From Eledone cirrhosa (lineage: Eukaryota), in the NCBI GenBank assembly GCA_964016885.1, contig OZ024742.1:11036001-11100000 (forward strand): a stretch of 64,000 bases of DNA, given 5' to 3'. The position numbers were made by a program, and so were the translations under genes. Numbering within the stretch: position 1 is the stretch's first letter; each line of letters starts with the position of its first letter. Positions 63,931 through 64,000 of the stretch are shown piece by piece. The notes beneath the pieces are model-generated. The model saw only the letters and a program-made list of their open reading frames with translations. It did not search any database and was not told the DNA's origin.

Positions 63931-64000
63931 TTACAGATCGTTACCGAAAACCGTAAAACATACCCAACTGCCACTAAATCCTCTCTTATGTAAAAATAAT

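Overview
Eukaryotic, gene-free, repeat-dominated window. The SINE types and the (TA)n/(CA)n load suggest an octopod cephalopod; this is inferred, not searched. Bases 1-~24,490 are a 15-bp satellite (GCTAATGTTGTTGTT) with kb-scale higher-order duplications. The other ~39.5 kb is a mosaic of mobile elements in microsatellites: one apparently intact RTE-clade LINE (1044-codon APE+RT ORF), three recognisable Penelope-like (PLE, GIY-YIG) remnants plus a fainter fourth, Helitron pieces (PIF1 helicase fragment, non-autonomous copies), about ten tRNA-type SINEs, LINE scraps and a hAT-like transposase fragment. Two signals stand out. (1) At least 8 unrelated sequence families carry type I hammerhead ribozyme (HHR) cores, mostly with palindromic stem III. 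They are arranged as small fold-back elements in (TA)n and include a 1.35-kb palindrome of a 487-bp HHR repeat (retrozyme-like) and U3-A8 core variants. (2) Two divergent PLEs both have TGA at the conserved Cys of the CPL motif before GIY-YIG, where a third has TGC, suggesting selenocysteine-coding (Naiad-like) retroelements. All RNA folds and coordinates were read by eye.
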